Below, piece by piece: positions 26,446 through 40,209 of a DNA stretch of 64,000 bases. The notes under the pieces were generated by a model. It did no database searches, had not been told where the DNA came from, and worked only from the letters and a program-made list of their open reading frames with translations. Source of the DNA: Hypanus sabinus. Its lineage: Eukaryota. Location of the stretch: contig NC_082730.1 in assembly GCF_030144855.1 (NCBI RefSeq), positions 14,818,001 to 14,882,000 of the forward strand, read 5' to 3'. Both the position numbers and the translations under genes were made by a program. Numbering within the stretch: the first letter of the stretch is position 1; each line of letters starts with the position of its first letter.

Positions 26446-27129
26446 AATATGATAGACAAGGACTGGTTAGGATAGCTTTGTGTGTGGGGAATTCTGTCTC
26501 AAAAATCTGTTACAGTCTTTTGAAGTGGCAACCAAGTGGATTGAGAAGGGTGGTGTAATGGCTTTGATAAGGTCCCAGACTAAAGTCTAGCCTGGAAGTT
26601 TAGATCATATGGATTCCAAAGAGAGTTAGTTAAGATGCATAAGTGAGGAGGAAGCAGAAGTTTAAAGTTAAAGAAATTTTGTTGACTGGAGGGTGGTAAC
26701 CAGTGGTGTGCCACAGGGAATAATGCTGGGCCCTCTGGTGTTCATTTTTATATAAACAATTTTGCTGAGTATGAAAATGTTACTAAAATAATTTGTATTG
26801 TAAACAGTGAAGAAAGTTACCAAAAATTATAGGGATATTTTGGTCAGAAAGGTGAGTGGTATTCAATCCAGATAAGTGTGATCTGATAAATTTTTGGTCA
26901 GTTAAACCAGGGTAGGTCTCTGGGGAGTGTTGTAGAAAGGAGGTACCAAGAGAAATGAGTAACGTTTGCATGCTGACCTTCATGAGTCAAGGCACTGAGT
27001 AGAGGAGATGGGATACAGTTGTGCAGGACTTTGGTGAAACCGCACCTGGAGTGTTGCATACAGTTTTGATTAGCTCCTCAAAGGAATGTTGTCATTAAAG
27101 ACAGAAGGTTCGACCCATTCATCATCAAC

Positions 27130-27840
27130 AACTCTACAGTTAGCACTATTTCAACATTCAGTTTCCTGGTCATGATTATTTCACAGGAGCTCATGTGGTC
27201 TCATATCCCTCTCATTAGTAAAAAAGGGATCGGCAAAAGATGTACTCCATGCAGCAGGAGGTAAAATTCCATCTTCTCCAGACATACTGGTGCAATTCTA
27301 TAATGCCATCATAGAGAGCATCCTCTGTCTGGTTTGGAACAGCATCCTCTCTCAACATATGAAAACTACAGGGGACTGACAGGTTTGTAGAAAAGGTCAT
27401 TGGCTGCAGTCTACCATCACTACATGATCTATATGTGTCCAGACAAAGAAACATGCAGACAAATTCATTGCCCATCTTGCAAATTGCCTGTTCTGAAAGC
27501 TCTCTTCTGGAAAACACTACAGGGCTTTTTAAGAAAAACACTCCATTAATAAATTTCTTATCCCAGGCAGTTAATCTGATTAATCGCTGTAGTTAGTCTG
27601 TCACTGTGGACACTTCAACTCACATTTTATAACACTGTTTACATTGTAAATACATGCTGGTATTCATGTATTTATGCACATTTTATTCCATATCCTTCCT
27701 TTAACTTTATTTTTGTACAACTCTTTAAACTGTATAATTGTTGAATGTTGTTTTTGTTGCCAGTTGAGCCCTGGTAAACACACCACAGTAAATTCCTGAT
27801 ACAGGAAAATGTATATGGTAAATAAAGTTGATCCTTAATC
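27130..27840 (-). mobile_element. Rex1/Babar 3' fragment
   Basis: FYHGIIESILC...W.G...VIG..LPSLHDLY.SR-like remnants and matching tail. Confidence 0.65.
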
Positions 27841-28439
27841 CATGACAGTGTGCAAAGAACATTTTTGAGAATGTTGTGGGTACTCAAAGACCCAAGTGAC
27901 TCAGAGAGTTAGGCAGGCTCCAACTTCATCCCTTTTGGCATTGGAGACTGAGGAGTGATATTAAAGAGATGTATAAAATCATGAGAGGCATAGAAAAGGC
28001 AAATTCACACACTTATTTCCCAGGGAAAAGGAATAAAAAACTAGAAGCATCGGTTTAAGATGAGAGAGGAATAATTTAAGAACATCAGGGACATCTTCTT
28101 CATCTACAGTGTGCTGCATATATGGAACAAGCTGCCAAAGGCAGGTATAATATCAGCATTTAAAATAGATTTGGTCAGGTACATAGGTAAGAAAAGCTTA
28201 GATGGGTATGGGACACAAGTGGGCAAACAGGACCAGCTTAGATTAACATCCTGGTTGGCATGGATGAGTTGGGACGAAAGTCCTGTTTCCATGCAGACTT
28301 AGTCCAATTGTTTGAAGCCTCTAAATCACTGCGTTGGTATGAAACGTTTGTTCTCCGCTTCCATTCCCTTGGAGCGTCTGTTACAAAGTGAGTTCTTCTT
28401 CTGAGGTTTAATGGCAATTGGAAAACAGCTTGAAGATGC

Positions 28440-31020
28440 ACTACCACCACCTACTGAACTTGAGCATGTCAGGATATCAAAATCCTATATATTTATATTT
28501 GGATCAAATTTTATAAAAATGATCTGCATTCTTAGCAAACAGCAACATATATGTAAAACAATAATCCTGTGATCCTTTCTGCAAAACATTGTATTTTATT
28601 CCACAATAACCTTAAAATCAATCATCCTCTCTCAATTATATTCTGGACACCTCACTAAGACGTGCTTGTTGATTACAATACTCACACCTCCCATTATTGT
28701 GTTTCTTCATTAAAAACAATGTAGTATTTAACCCTGTGTACCCAAACCTCAATTTCAATATTATTACCTCCTCCCTCCTGCTCTTTCCTGCATTCTTCCA
28801 CCATCTCACTTCTATCTGGATACTTATTTGAAAGTCCATTTCTGCTTCTCAAGTTGCCTCCTTTGCTAATTTAACCTTCTGCTCATTCCCTCAATTACCA
28901 ATCTGTGCTGGAATCCACATAAAAACATATCCAGAGTCCCATCAGTTAGTTCTAAATAAGATTTGTATTATCTCACACATAATGTCTGGTCTTGCCTCTG
29001 ATCATAAATCGTTTGGACTTCTGATTGTTGTGCTTGAAACAAGCAATATTACAACTCACATTGGTATCACTTCCTCCACCCACTGCTAAGCAAATAGTCC
29101 AGCTGTCATTCCACCTGCATACACTGAGAAATCATCATGGTTTTTAATGTTAAAATTAGGAAAAACAAATCCTACCCCTAATCTACTATTACCATTTTTG
29201 AAACATCTGTGTATATTTGTAAATGTCTATAATAATTATTATTTACATAAAATTCAATTATATCTCAATTTAAAATAATATCTCTGTTTTTCTATCTCCT
29301 CTCAAATAATTTAAGATCCACCTTTGCTCCTTCACACAACCATGGAGGCTACCTAGGAAAAGGTACTGTTGCACTCACTGCCTTATTACTAATTCCTGTT
29401 CTTTCTGTTTTCCCTTCAGTAGTACATACAGGACTTCTGATTTTCTTTCATTCATTTTCCCAGCATGGATCTGAAAGCTGTTTATTCGGATGATTTTCTT
29501 CATGCCCTTGTAAGTTTACCCAATACGTTAACACAAGCTGTGTTCCTTTCAGTTCCAGAGGAGTCTCTCCCAACTCCACCTGCATTTCCACCACTGATGA
29601 ACCTTAATGCATGCCTTTGAATTATATCCCATTTCCTGTGCATATTGCATGATGCTAACCCATATACCATACTTCCATAGTCCAGTATTGACCTTAATAA
29701 TCCAACATATATTGCTTTCAATGATTTCCTATCAGCTCCCCATTCTTTTCCTACTAAACACAAAATCAAAAGGCATATTTCAGTACAGTTCTTCCACTGA
29801 TGTATTAACAAGATTGGTATTAATAACCTTGTAAATAAACCTCAAGACTTGGATCATTCCAAATCATTTCTACCTGCACTTGTTCCCTTGATAGCTCTCT
29901 CATATTCAAAAACCTCACTGCTGCATTCACTATCATCTTTATCTTCCCCGTTTTAGTTTTTGCCTGCTCAGAACACCTAATAACATCTGCCATGAACAAA
30001 ACTAATTTATCTGTACCAATCACCAATGTTGAATTAGTTTACTAACCTTATCTTTTATTGGTATCTGAATCATTCCCTTCTTTAACTTTTCTCTCATCGT
30101 TCACTATCTTAACTGTTTCCACACATGGCACACTATGCTATGCCCTCATTTGCTGGACTTTGTTTGCTTCTTTTCTGATTTCACACCCTGATAGGCTACT
30201 GCTGGGCCCCACCACAATGACAGGATTTTACTGGTTCATCTTCTCTGCACTGCTCATCCAGATGTTCTCCTCGACATCTGCCACATCTCTGCTTTCCTTT
30301 ACACATTGCCGCCATATGCCCGTATTTCTGACATTTGTAAAGCCTAAAGGGTGATGGACCATAGAATCTGACACTAAAGCACATGAATCCAGTTATTGCT
30401 TATTCTGGTAAGATTGAACCCTGAAATATTAACATAACAAATATGCTATCAACATTTTTCTCTATTACTCACTGCTTTCAATCCTTTCATTTTGGTCACC
30501 AACTCTCCTATAATATTTTCCTTTACTTCCTCTAAGTTTTCTCCAATTGGTATTGCTGATATCACCCCTTTAATACCATTTTTCCCCTAACAGTCTCTTT
30601 TCTATAATGTCTCTTTTGCCAATATTTAGTACCTTCATTGCTTTGTTCCTTTGCTCTAACACTGCTCTATGATGCAGAATTTTTGCCACATTTATATCTC
30701 CTATTACTTTCTTTAGATTGTTGGTCAGTGCTATTGGATTCAATGTACTTACTTCAGTCCCTTGCTCAAACTCATTTTAAACTCCTATCACCTTCCTTTG
30801 ACTCAATCGCTGCTCTCTATCATAACAATTTTATCATTTATATCCACTTTTACTACCTGTCTGTACTTTCTTCCATTCCTCATAGTCTCTTACATCCTCC
30901 TCTCCCTTTCTTCCACGGCTACCTGCCATCCCGACCCAATCACAGCTCAGATTATTGAAAACCCACCACTTCAGACAGAAGCCCTACGAGATCCCAATCC
31001 CTTCACAAACTGAGCTTATA
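28440..31020 (-). mobile_element. Nimb/I-clade LINE, internally deleted, in gene A intron 1
   Basis: ORF1 CCHC knuckles (KCQKYGHMAAMC...CGRCRGEH), RT C-terminus (EWGADRKSLKAIY...RSILDYGS), RNase H-like remnant and C-terminal RREEVII.LR.G.TGLN.TLF...CEYC. Confidence 0.8.
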
Positions 31021-31619
31021 TTTAGTGGCTCTTAAGTATCCTGTATAGTGCATTTAGAGTAAGCTGCAACAGTGTTTAAGTCATTAATGTCTTTAATCAG
31101 AAAACCACCTGATTGTTGGCAAAATCCTTCTGGGCCACTGATGTCCTTCAAGAACAGTGCTTCACTATTCCAGACCAGTTCAGTTTATGTGTGACTCCAA
31201 ACCCACCTCTGTGAGCTGCACTATGAAATCACCCAATAAAAAATTGAGTTCCATTATGTAGGCTATGAGGGGATTAAAACAGTGTGCAGAAATGGTGTGC
31301 AGTGTGCAATCAGTCATGTTGAGTAAGGTTTATGAAAACACGGCTTCTCTACGTACAGCTTAGAGGACATCAGATGTACTGAAATAAGGGTGCTAACAAA
31401 GGATTGAAAGGCATACTTTTCAACTGGACAATAGTTTTTACTGAAACTGGGGTATAATTCTGTTTTTTTTCAATCAACTTAGATGCAAATAAAAGTTATT
31501 AACATGTAAGTGATGCACTGTGATTGGTAGCTGAAATATGCAAATACAGATTTTTAAAGTTTGCAAGTTTTCACTTGGTCAATATTTGTACAAAAAGGCA
31601 TTTCTGAGATAAAGTTCAG

Positions 31620-32290
31620 TGACAGGCACTGAATTATTCTTCCGCATCAGTATTGGTATATCATTGTCACATGTACCAAGATACAGTGAACAGCTTGCCT
31701 TGCATACTGTTCATACAAAGCAGATCATTGCACAGTGCATTGAGGTAGTGCAAGGTAAAACAAAAGCAGTGCAGAATATTGTGTAAAACCTTCTGAAAAA
31801 GAAGTACAGTGCAGGCAAATGATGAAGTGCAACATAACAGCAAGGTAGACTGTAAGGCCAAGACTCCATCTTGTGGCACAAGAGTTCCGCTCAAGAATCT
31901 GATAACAGCGGCATAGAAGCAGTCATAAGGCCTGGTGGTGTGTGCTTTACGAGAATGTCTGGGGTGAATGGGGTCTTTGATTTTGCTGGCTGCTTTACTG
32001 AGGTAGTGAGAAGTATAGGCAGAGTCCATAGAGGGGAATCTGCTTCCTGTGATATGCTGAACCGTGTCCACAGCTTTCTGTACTTACTCACAGTCACGCG
32101 CAGAGCAGTTGCCATACCAAGTTGTTTTGCCTTCAGACAGAACGCTTTTTATGATGCATCAATTAAAAATTGGTTAAGGTTGGACAGGGACAAACCAAAT
32201 GTCTTTAATCTCCTGAGGAAGTAAAGGCTTGGTGGGCTTTCTTGGCCTCAACACATGTAAGAACTTGAGGCTCTCAACATGATCACCTTT
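31620..32290 (-). mobile_element. Rex1/Babar 3' fragment
   Basis: VQHITGSRFPSMDS.YTS..LSKAAS.IKDP.HP motif. Confidence 0.75.
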
Positions 32291-32839
32291 GATGTAGATG
32301 AGAGCTTGAACGTTGAGTCCAATTAGTCAGTGATGGCAACAATAAATGCAGATTGCAGGAGGAACACAGTGTGCCATGTAGAAACAGATTGGGGGTAGGA
32401 ATTGTCAAAGTGTTAGTTCAAGTCTTTTATTGGTTAAATAAACATGCATCAAGACAATTTCAATCACTCTTCCCCTCCACCACACCCCCATTCTAGTTGC
32501 TTGACCCTCTGAGTTTCCACAGAGACTTGCCTTAACTTTGGCAGTGACTCCTCCCCTCTGAGAAACAGTAACACAATCACAACTTTCCATTGGCAATGTG
32601 GGTGAAATGGTTAACTGGGTATTATTGATCTAGACAGCTGCACACAGATTAAAAGGGAGAAGGAAATGGTTTCTGATTTTGGGACCAACACAACCTATCC
32701 ACACTACAATGAGAAATATGATCCCATGAGGATGACAGTAAAAAGACCCAAATGGATTTTTAAGGAACAGGGCCGATTGTGAACTGGAGACATTATATTT
32801 GAGAGATTAATTTTCAATAAGTTGCAATGAGATTCCCGC

Positions 32840-33840
32840 TCTTACCCCTAATTTCTAGTGAGTACAGGCCCAGAGCTATCAAATGCTCCTCATAAGTTAA
32901 CTCTTTCATTCCAGGGATCATTCTCATGAACCTCCTCTGGACCCTCTCCAATGTCAGCACAGCTTTTCTTAGATAAGGAGCTTAAAATTGCTCACAATAC
33001 TCCAAGTGTGGTCTGACCAATGCCTTATAAAGCCTCAGCATTACATTCTGTATTCTAATCCTCTTGAAATGGATGCTAGCATTTCTCCCCATGTGGTAAA
33101 TAGTCTACACTTTCATTCCTTCTGCTGAAGTGCATGACCATGCACATCCCTACATTATCTTCCATCTGCCACTTCTTTGCCCATTTCTCCAATCTATCCA
33201 ATACCAACTGCAGACACCCCGCTTCCTCAACAGTACCTGTCCCTCCACCTATCTTTATATTGTCTGCAAATTTGGACACAAAACCATTACATACAATGTG
33301 AAAAGAAGTGGTCCCAACGAGAATGCCTGTGGCACATGACTAGTCACTAACAGTAAAACAAAAAGCCCTCTTTATTCCCACTCTATGCCTCCTGCCAGTC
33401 AGCCGATCCATGCTAGGACGTACCTTTTTGTAATATCCTGAGCACCTATCTTCTTAAGCAGCCTCATGTGCAGCACCTTCAGAAAATCTAAGCAAACAAC
33501 ATCTACTGACTCTCCTTTGTCTATCCTGCTTGTTATTTCTTCAAAGAATTCCAACAGATTGTCCAGGCAAGATTCTTCTTTCAGAAAACTGCCCTGACTT
33601 CAGCCTATATTAACATTACCTACAAGAACCCCAAAAGCTCATCCTTAAAAAATACACTCCGACATCTTCCTAACCACTGATGTCAGGCTAACTGGCTGAT
33701 AATTTCCTTTCTTTTGACTCCTTCCCTTCTTAAAGAGAGGAGTGACATTTTCAATAATCCAAAACTCAGGAACCATTCCAGAATCTAGAGATTCTTGAAG
33801 GATCATTAGTAATGCCTTCACAATCTCTTCAGCTACCTAC
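32840..33840 (-). mobile_element. CR1 LINE RT fragment
   Basis: MSKFADNIKIGG...LQ..LDRL..WA..WQM..NV.KC.VMH. Confidence 0.85.
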
Positions 33841-33963
33841 AAACCATTTGTATTTCACAACCCTATATCAAGCTACCTACTTAACCATCTTTGCTGTGAA
33901 GATGGTGGGTGAGACCCAACCTAACACTGAGTATTAACACGTCTATCTCTGGACATCACTCAC

Positions 33964-34000
33964 CGGCTGGGGAACAGATGAGAAGAATCAGAATCCACAT
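33964..34000 (-). CDS. Gene A (activating-type receptor) leader exon
   Basis: Minus strand ATG TGG ATT CTG ATT CTT CTC ATC TGT TCC CCA GCC G|gtgagt = MWILILLICSPA; phase 1; homologous to the leader at 52955. Confidence 0.88.
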
Positions 34001-34109
34001 TGTTTTATACACAGGCCAGCTGCTCTGTCTTTTGTCTGTTGCTCACCTGTTGGCCTTCAGAGCTGAATAACCAACAAATAGAAACGTTACATCGAAAGTA
34101 AATGCGGCA

Positions 34110-34160
34110 AGGACAAGAGGAAGTCTGACCTTGAGACCACAATGAGCAGCTGAAGTGTCA
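34110..34160 (-). promoter_or_regulatory. Gene A proximal promoter: ETS/PU.1-type, RUNX and E-box motifs
   Basis: AAGAGGAAGT 34115-34124, ACCACA 34136-34141 and CAGCTG 34147-34152, about 115-150 bp upstream of the ATG; alignable with the gene B promoter. Confidence 0.55.
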
Positions 34161-34859
34161 GAAATGCTGTTAGTTCTGTCCAACAAATAATTCTAAACAT
34201 GGTCCACACAGATTGAGCATTTTCTTTCCCTTCACCATCAAATGTCTAAACACTGTGACTCATTATTTTTCTGCTTTGTGTAATTTATAATTTTTGTAAT
34301 TTAGAGTAATTTTATATCATTGGACTGTACTGCTGCCACATGAACAATAAATCTCACATCACCTAAGTCAGTGATAAAAAGTTGGATTATGATTCTGGTG
34401 CTGTTGTGTATTTAATATTTCATTAATAGTTGAGTAATGTTTAAAATATATTATTGAATTAATCATTCTTTATTTATATAATTCATGATCATTATATGTA
34501 AAAATACAAGAATTAAATACATTATGACACTACCATGATATACCTGTACACCTTGGTTAAACTAAAACATAAAGTTTGACTCACTGTCTCCATGCTCCTC
34601 AATAAAATGAATGCTTTGAAGCTAAACAACATAATGACGAATTGAAGGGAATTAACCTGTTAGCAGCTATGGGTATCTACATTCAGAGGAAAGCGTTATT
34701 GCTAAGTATTTACTGGGGAAAAAATCAAAATACATTTAGGGATGTTGTGTGTAGGTATAAAATTTCACATCCCACTCATGCAATTACAAGCAGCACTGGA
34801 GATGACCATCCCTTTGCAAGGACTCCTCCTGCAGTCTGCAACGTAGGCCACTTTCTCTC

Positions 34860-37560
34860 ACTTGTAACCAATTCCCTTCATCCACAGTAGTAGCTCCATG
34901 GGTCATTGAACATTCATGGATTCCAGTCACATGACAACATTGAGAAAAGCAACTCCATCTGTATCTATTTTCTGTCTGTTTGCACTGTAGCTTGTGTTGC
35001 ACATTTATTATGGGTAACTTGGCACGAGGGTTGGGGCATGGTAGCAGTGAATGAGTATAGTTATGTAGTCACAATTTGTCTGAAAGTCTGGGTAGAACCA
35101 GAGAGGCAGCTGCAATGGAATTATATTTTTGTTGACCCCCTAAATATGCTTAATGATAATTGGACTCTAAATACCACTGAAATACTGTAAAATACGCTTA
35201 GACTGCTTATTTCATTATATCGCTAGTTTCAGTTTCATCATTTTTTTATCATTACAAGATTGTTTGTCTTTGCTCGTCTATTAATAAAGGATCAAAAATA
35301 CTTTCAACAACCCAGAACTTTGTTACTGTGGAGTGAATTATACAGTTTCAATCCACATGCTTAGTCTTTGAGCTGTTTTGGTTTCTTTTCAAATAATCGT
35401 GACACCATCCATTAGACATTTCACTCCCCAATCACCATTTCATGCTGCAACAAGCTTCAGCTCACTCATTTCATTCATCACCCAGCTTTTCTTACGGTCG
35501 CTCATTGGCCTTTAAGGAACTGTGCTCAAGTTCAATGTATCACTGCCGCGTTGTCCATGTTTTCATCCCTCTGAACAGAGATGTGAAAATGTTGTATATC
35601 TGAAAAAAGAACAGCAGATGATGGGAATTCCTCAGTGGGTCAGGCAGCCTCTGTGAGGGAAAGTAAGACGAATGCTTCAGGTCAACCTCCGTCTTCAAAA
35701 ATTGTTCTCATGAGATCTCATGGCCTGAAAGAATAGCTGCTTCGCCCTCCTCAGCCATCAACACATTGAGAAAAGATCACGGACCTGAATGCAATTTGTT
35801 CTCCTTGAATTAATTTTGATGTGTTAAAATAAAACAAAGACATAAACTACTCATTGAGAACAGCAATTAAGAAGCTTCATTATATTTTGTTCATTAGTGT
35901 ATAAGCAAGAGCAATGGCCAAAATTTGAATCCTTAGCCCTGTGTTTAAGACTTCCAGGCACTGAGAAAGTTGACACAACAAACGCAGAGAAGAGGAAAAT
36001 TCTGGAAGCAAAGATGTTGCCTTGAAGGATGACAACATTATTTTCAATTGTTCCACATTTCTTACGTTAATGGTTTAATAACCTGAAATATCTCCTTTGT
36101 ACCATCAATTACAGCTTTACAGAATTGGACAAACAAGGAACATTATATTTTTCATCACATTGGTCATCACTAGAAATGCTTCATTATTACGTCAAGGGAC
36201 AAGGCTGTGAGGGTTTCTTCAATTACTTCTTTGCGACAAGACAATGGTGATAAACACAAGAGGTACTACAGATGCTGGCGATCTACAGCAATACAAGCAA
36301 TGTGCTGGAAGAGCTCAGGAGGCCAGGTAGCATCTGCGGATGGGAACAAACAGTGAGTCCCTTCACCAGGGCTGGAAAGGAAGGAGGAAGAAATCAGAAT
36401 AAGAAGGTGGGGGGATGGGAGAAAGAAGTACAAGGTGACAGGTGAAACCGAGAAGGGGGGGAGGTGAAGTAAAGGGCTGTGAAGTTGACTGGTGGAGGAG
36501 ATAAAGGGCTAGAGAGGGGGACGACTGATAGAAGAGGACAGAAGTCCATGGAGGAAAGTGAAGGGGAAGGAACACCAGAGGGAGGTGATGGGCAGATAAG
36601 AAGAGAAGGTACGAGAGGGAAACAAGAATGGGGAATAATGAAGGAGAGAAGAAGTGGGTAATTACTGGAAGTTTTCAGAAATCGATGTTCATGTCATCAG
36701 ATCTGATGATGTCATCAGACACACTGAAACTGGGAAAATGAATCTCAGGGTTATATACAGTGACATATAAGTGTTTTGATAATAAAATTTAATTTGCATT
36801 TCAATTTATTTTCATTTCATATGGTTGCACACAATCCAATTCACTCTGAATCTTGCAAAAGGAATCAATATCATTTCACTCTGCGCACAGTGTGTCAAAA
36901 CTTTCCAAACACACCTGCATAGAGGTTTGGTTTGACAAGAGGTTTTGAAATGCTTTTTGTAAACATAGATTTCCACAACTCACCCTTCTTTCATTGATCA
37001 ATAGATCTGAAAGTATTCATGGAAACCAGTTTGAAGCATTCATTGATTTCACTAATGTCTAGAAAAATCCTTGGTTTCTGTTGTGCATCATGTGACTGAG
37101 GCAATCCACATCCTCAGTCCCCAGTAGAGATGCAGAATTAGTAGGGGGAAATGAGACAGATTAGTGGTTGAACCTTTACCTCCTGGTTCCTCATTAATCT
37201 TAGAGGAAACTAATCTCAACTAAGTTTGACTGAGAGAGGGAGGAAGAGCAACCAGTGATCATCAGTTACAGATTTAATTACTAAAATGTGATTGCATTTA
37301 AATGAGGAATTAGACACTACCGGCTGAAATGGATTTGGAAAGGCTAGAAAATGAATGGAATAATGATGTCAATAGTGATAATGTAATATATTTGGAGAAA
37401 AGAAGACAACAATAAAATTCATGTGGATAAATGTGAAGGATAGCAACAGTTTGTGAATAATTATGGAAAAGGGGAAGTACATACAAAAATAGCCATTTTT
37501 AAAAAAACTGGAAAATAATCATGTGTTATCTGATAAAACTCAGCACAGCTAGAGCAGGGT
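34860..37560 (-). pseudogene. Diverged duplicate of the gene A TM exon and 3' flank (relic activating gene, 3' end only)
   Basis: Colinear by-eye alignment with 13900-16600 (e.g. 35845-35930 vs 14830-14930; 37230-37520 vs 16255-16570). The TM exon remnant at ~37070-37120 has lost its acceptor and carries deletions. Confidence 0.75.
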
Positions 37561-37761
37561 CAGAGCAGTTGAGCTCAGTGATTTGTAATATATCAGCATG
37601 AAAATGGTCCAATAAGAAAGAATATGCAAATTGGTTCAAGGCAATGGGAAAAAATGCATACAGAATAAGAGGAATATCCAGTCAATAATGACCATAATGT
37701 ATTTAATCATGAAAATAGAGGAGAAAATAAATGAGAAATAAAACAAATTAAAACATTAGAA

Positions 37762-39090
37762 TGGGGTTCTTAACCCTTTTTATGCCATGGACCCCAATGG
37801 CAGTCCAGTGAAGCCTATAGACACCTTCCCAGAATAATGTATTTAAATATATAAAGTAAAATACATTGGATTACAAAAGAAACCAATTACATTACAGTTA
37901 TCAAAGTATTTGAAAAAAAAACAAATGTGTGACATGTGAGCTTCTTTACTAACACACTAAATAACAAGATTACACATTTAAAATACAGACAAGTTAAAAT
38001 TTATTTTTCAAGGCATGTCAGTGTGGAGACTGTTGTTGCTTAGCTTAAGTAAGAACATTCAACTGTGGGTTTGACAAAGCAACATGAATGTTGTGTTGGG
38101 TATTTTTGATTTTTTTTTGTTCTAAATGTAAAAAGTGTTTAAATCCTGATTCACAAAGATATGTTGTTGCAAATGTAAATAAAGCTTCCACAGCTCACTT
38201 TAGGATGGGCTTTTCTGAAGGAACATCAGAATTCTCCAAGGCATTTTGAATTAGACACCAATTGTTGTAAGTTTTTTTGTGCTATGATCAATGAGTTCAT
38301 CAATGACTAGATCAACATCTTCTGTTCAGTTTATATCAGGAAAAAAAGGATTGCAGATCCATGATTCAACTTTAATGCCATCAAGATGGAACTAACTCTT
38401 GAAAGGGTATTGGAGTTTTCTAGGTGTCTGCATAAGTGTCTCTTCAAAGAAAATGACAGAGAATTTTGCATCCAAACTCCATCGTGGTGAAGGAAAGATG
38501 TTGGCCTCTATACTCTCTCTTCCATATAGGCAGTTTAGCCAAGAAAGCTTATAATTTTTCATTTGTATCCATAATGGTGACTTCAGGACATTGAATTGAA
38601 AAATTTATTTCATTCTTATGGTTAAAAATATCTGCCAGATAAACCTGTACATGGGTACAATCCTTTTTTTCCCAAACTGTTCTGAGTGGATTTTCTTTTT
38701 CTTTCAGAAAAAGTAAGACTTCTGTCCTTAGTTTGAACAACCACTTCAAGATCTGCCCTCTTGAAACCAGCGAACTTCCGTGTGAAAGAGAAGCACTTTA
38801 TATTTTGTACCCATCTGTTTGTGTATTTTTAAAATGTGATTAATCAGAGACCTGCTTCCAATAAAGTTCGTGACTTTTATGACTGTTGACAAAACTTCTT
38901 TCAGGATTGTTGAAGGTGTCTTTGTTACCAGTGCATATCTGTGTGAAAAACAATGAGTAGAGATGACATGAGGAGCTTCCCTTTTCATGAAAGTAGTAAA
39001 AACAAATGTATTACCAAGCCTAGCAGGAGTTCCATCTGTGTAGAGTATAACGTTTTTCTTTCCAGTCAAAATTTTGTTAGGCAAAAAAAA
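37762..39090 (-). mobile_element. hAT-Charlie/Buster transposon remnant
   Basis: Terminal ggggttc(t)taacc motif; transposase motifs YTDG...THCFSHRYAL...LLFHTEVRW and YLADIFN. Confidence 0.88.
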
Positions 39091-40209
39091 ACCTTTTTAC
39101 CATTTCAAAAATGTTGACAGCCTTTGCAGTTTCCAAAAGGAACACACAAAATAAGAATTTTTCTTTCATGGTGTCCGCATGTGCATAACAAACAAAAAAG
39201 CCAGGAGCTGGCTACACTGAGAGATGTCATACAGATGAATACTGAACATCAGCTGGGAGTCTGCCAATCTCTCAAAGAGCTACTTCAAAATGTTAAAAGA
39301 AATATCAACTATGCTAGATCCTATCAGATTATTTGATTAGTGAACCGCTCCAGTTTTTTTTTCCCTCTGTTCCAGTCCACAAATCAGCTCAACCATTTGC
39401 AGTGCACATAGGTTTACTATAGTGTGGGGCTTCTTTTGTTTGGCATTCCAATGAGGAACGTCATAGAGTGCTTCAAGAAAAGGTTTTTCTGAAATGTCCT
39501 AACATCTTCATCATACTTTCCTTGCTTCGATATTTCATCTTAAATTGGGTCTGCAGAATAAGTAAAGCAGAAATAATATATTTGATCCCATTAACATTTT
39601 TTTGAAATTCAATATTTTGTATGGTTTTAAGTAATTTGTTTGATAAATCTGCAATGAAATAAGTAATCTGCATGTTAATTAAGTGAATTGTAAGATATCC
39701 AAGGAATTAGTATGCCATATGTAAAATATGGGCAGTTTTACCATGTATCCAAAGTGTTAATTGTTTTTGTTTACGTCGATAGACACAATGATTACAACAG
39801 TAGCTCAGGCATCTCGTCCTTCCTGAAATCTGGCTGTTGATGTGCAGGGATTCATGTAGCTTTTTGCACCTGTGTAGAAATAATGTTTTTTTTAACTGAT
39901 ATCATTCATAGTATTCTGGCAATTATTTTTAAGATGTGCAGCATTTTCAAGGAATAATAAGACACCTATACCAATTGCAAAACATGTTGTGTGTGCACAT
40001 CTTTGCTTCATAACAATGTACAAAAAAGAAGTACGAAGAGAAAAACAAAATAAAACAAAGAACCTCTGATACTCGCAGAACTTGCAACACTATGCATGAC
40101 CTGCACCACTTTGCAATCTGTTGGCAATAATAAAACGTTACATCACGTACCACACTTCAACAGCTACCCAAACCATTGGCCATGTTTCAACATGTCTGCT
40201 GTAATCTCA

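Noticed and set aside
39473-39673. 66-aa ORF between the hAT and Harbinger elements
   Set aside because: Could not be assigned to any family with confidence; probably transposon debris.
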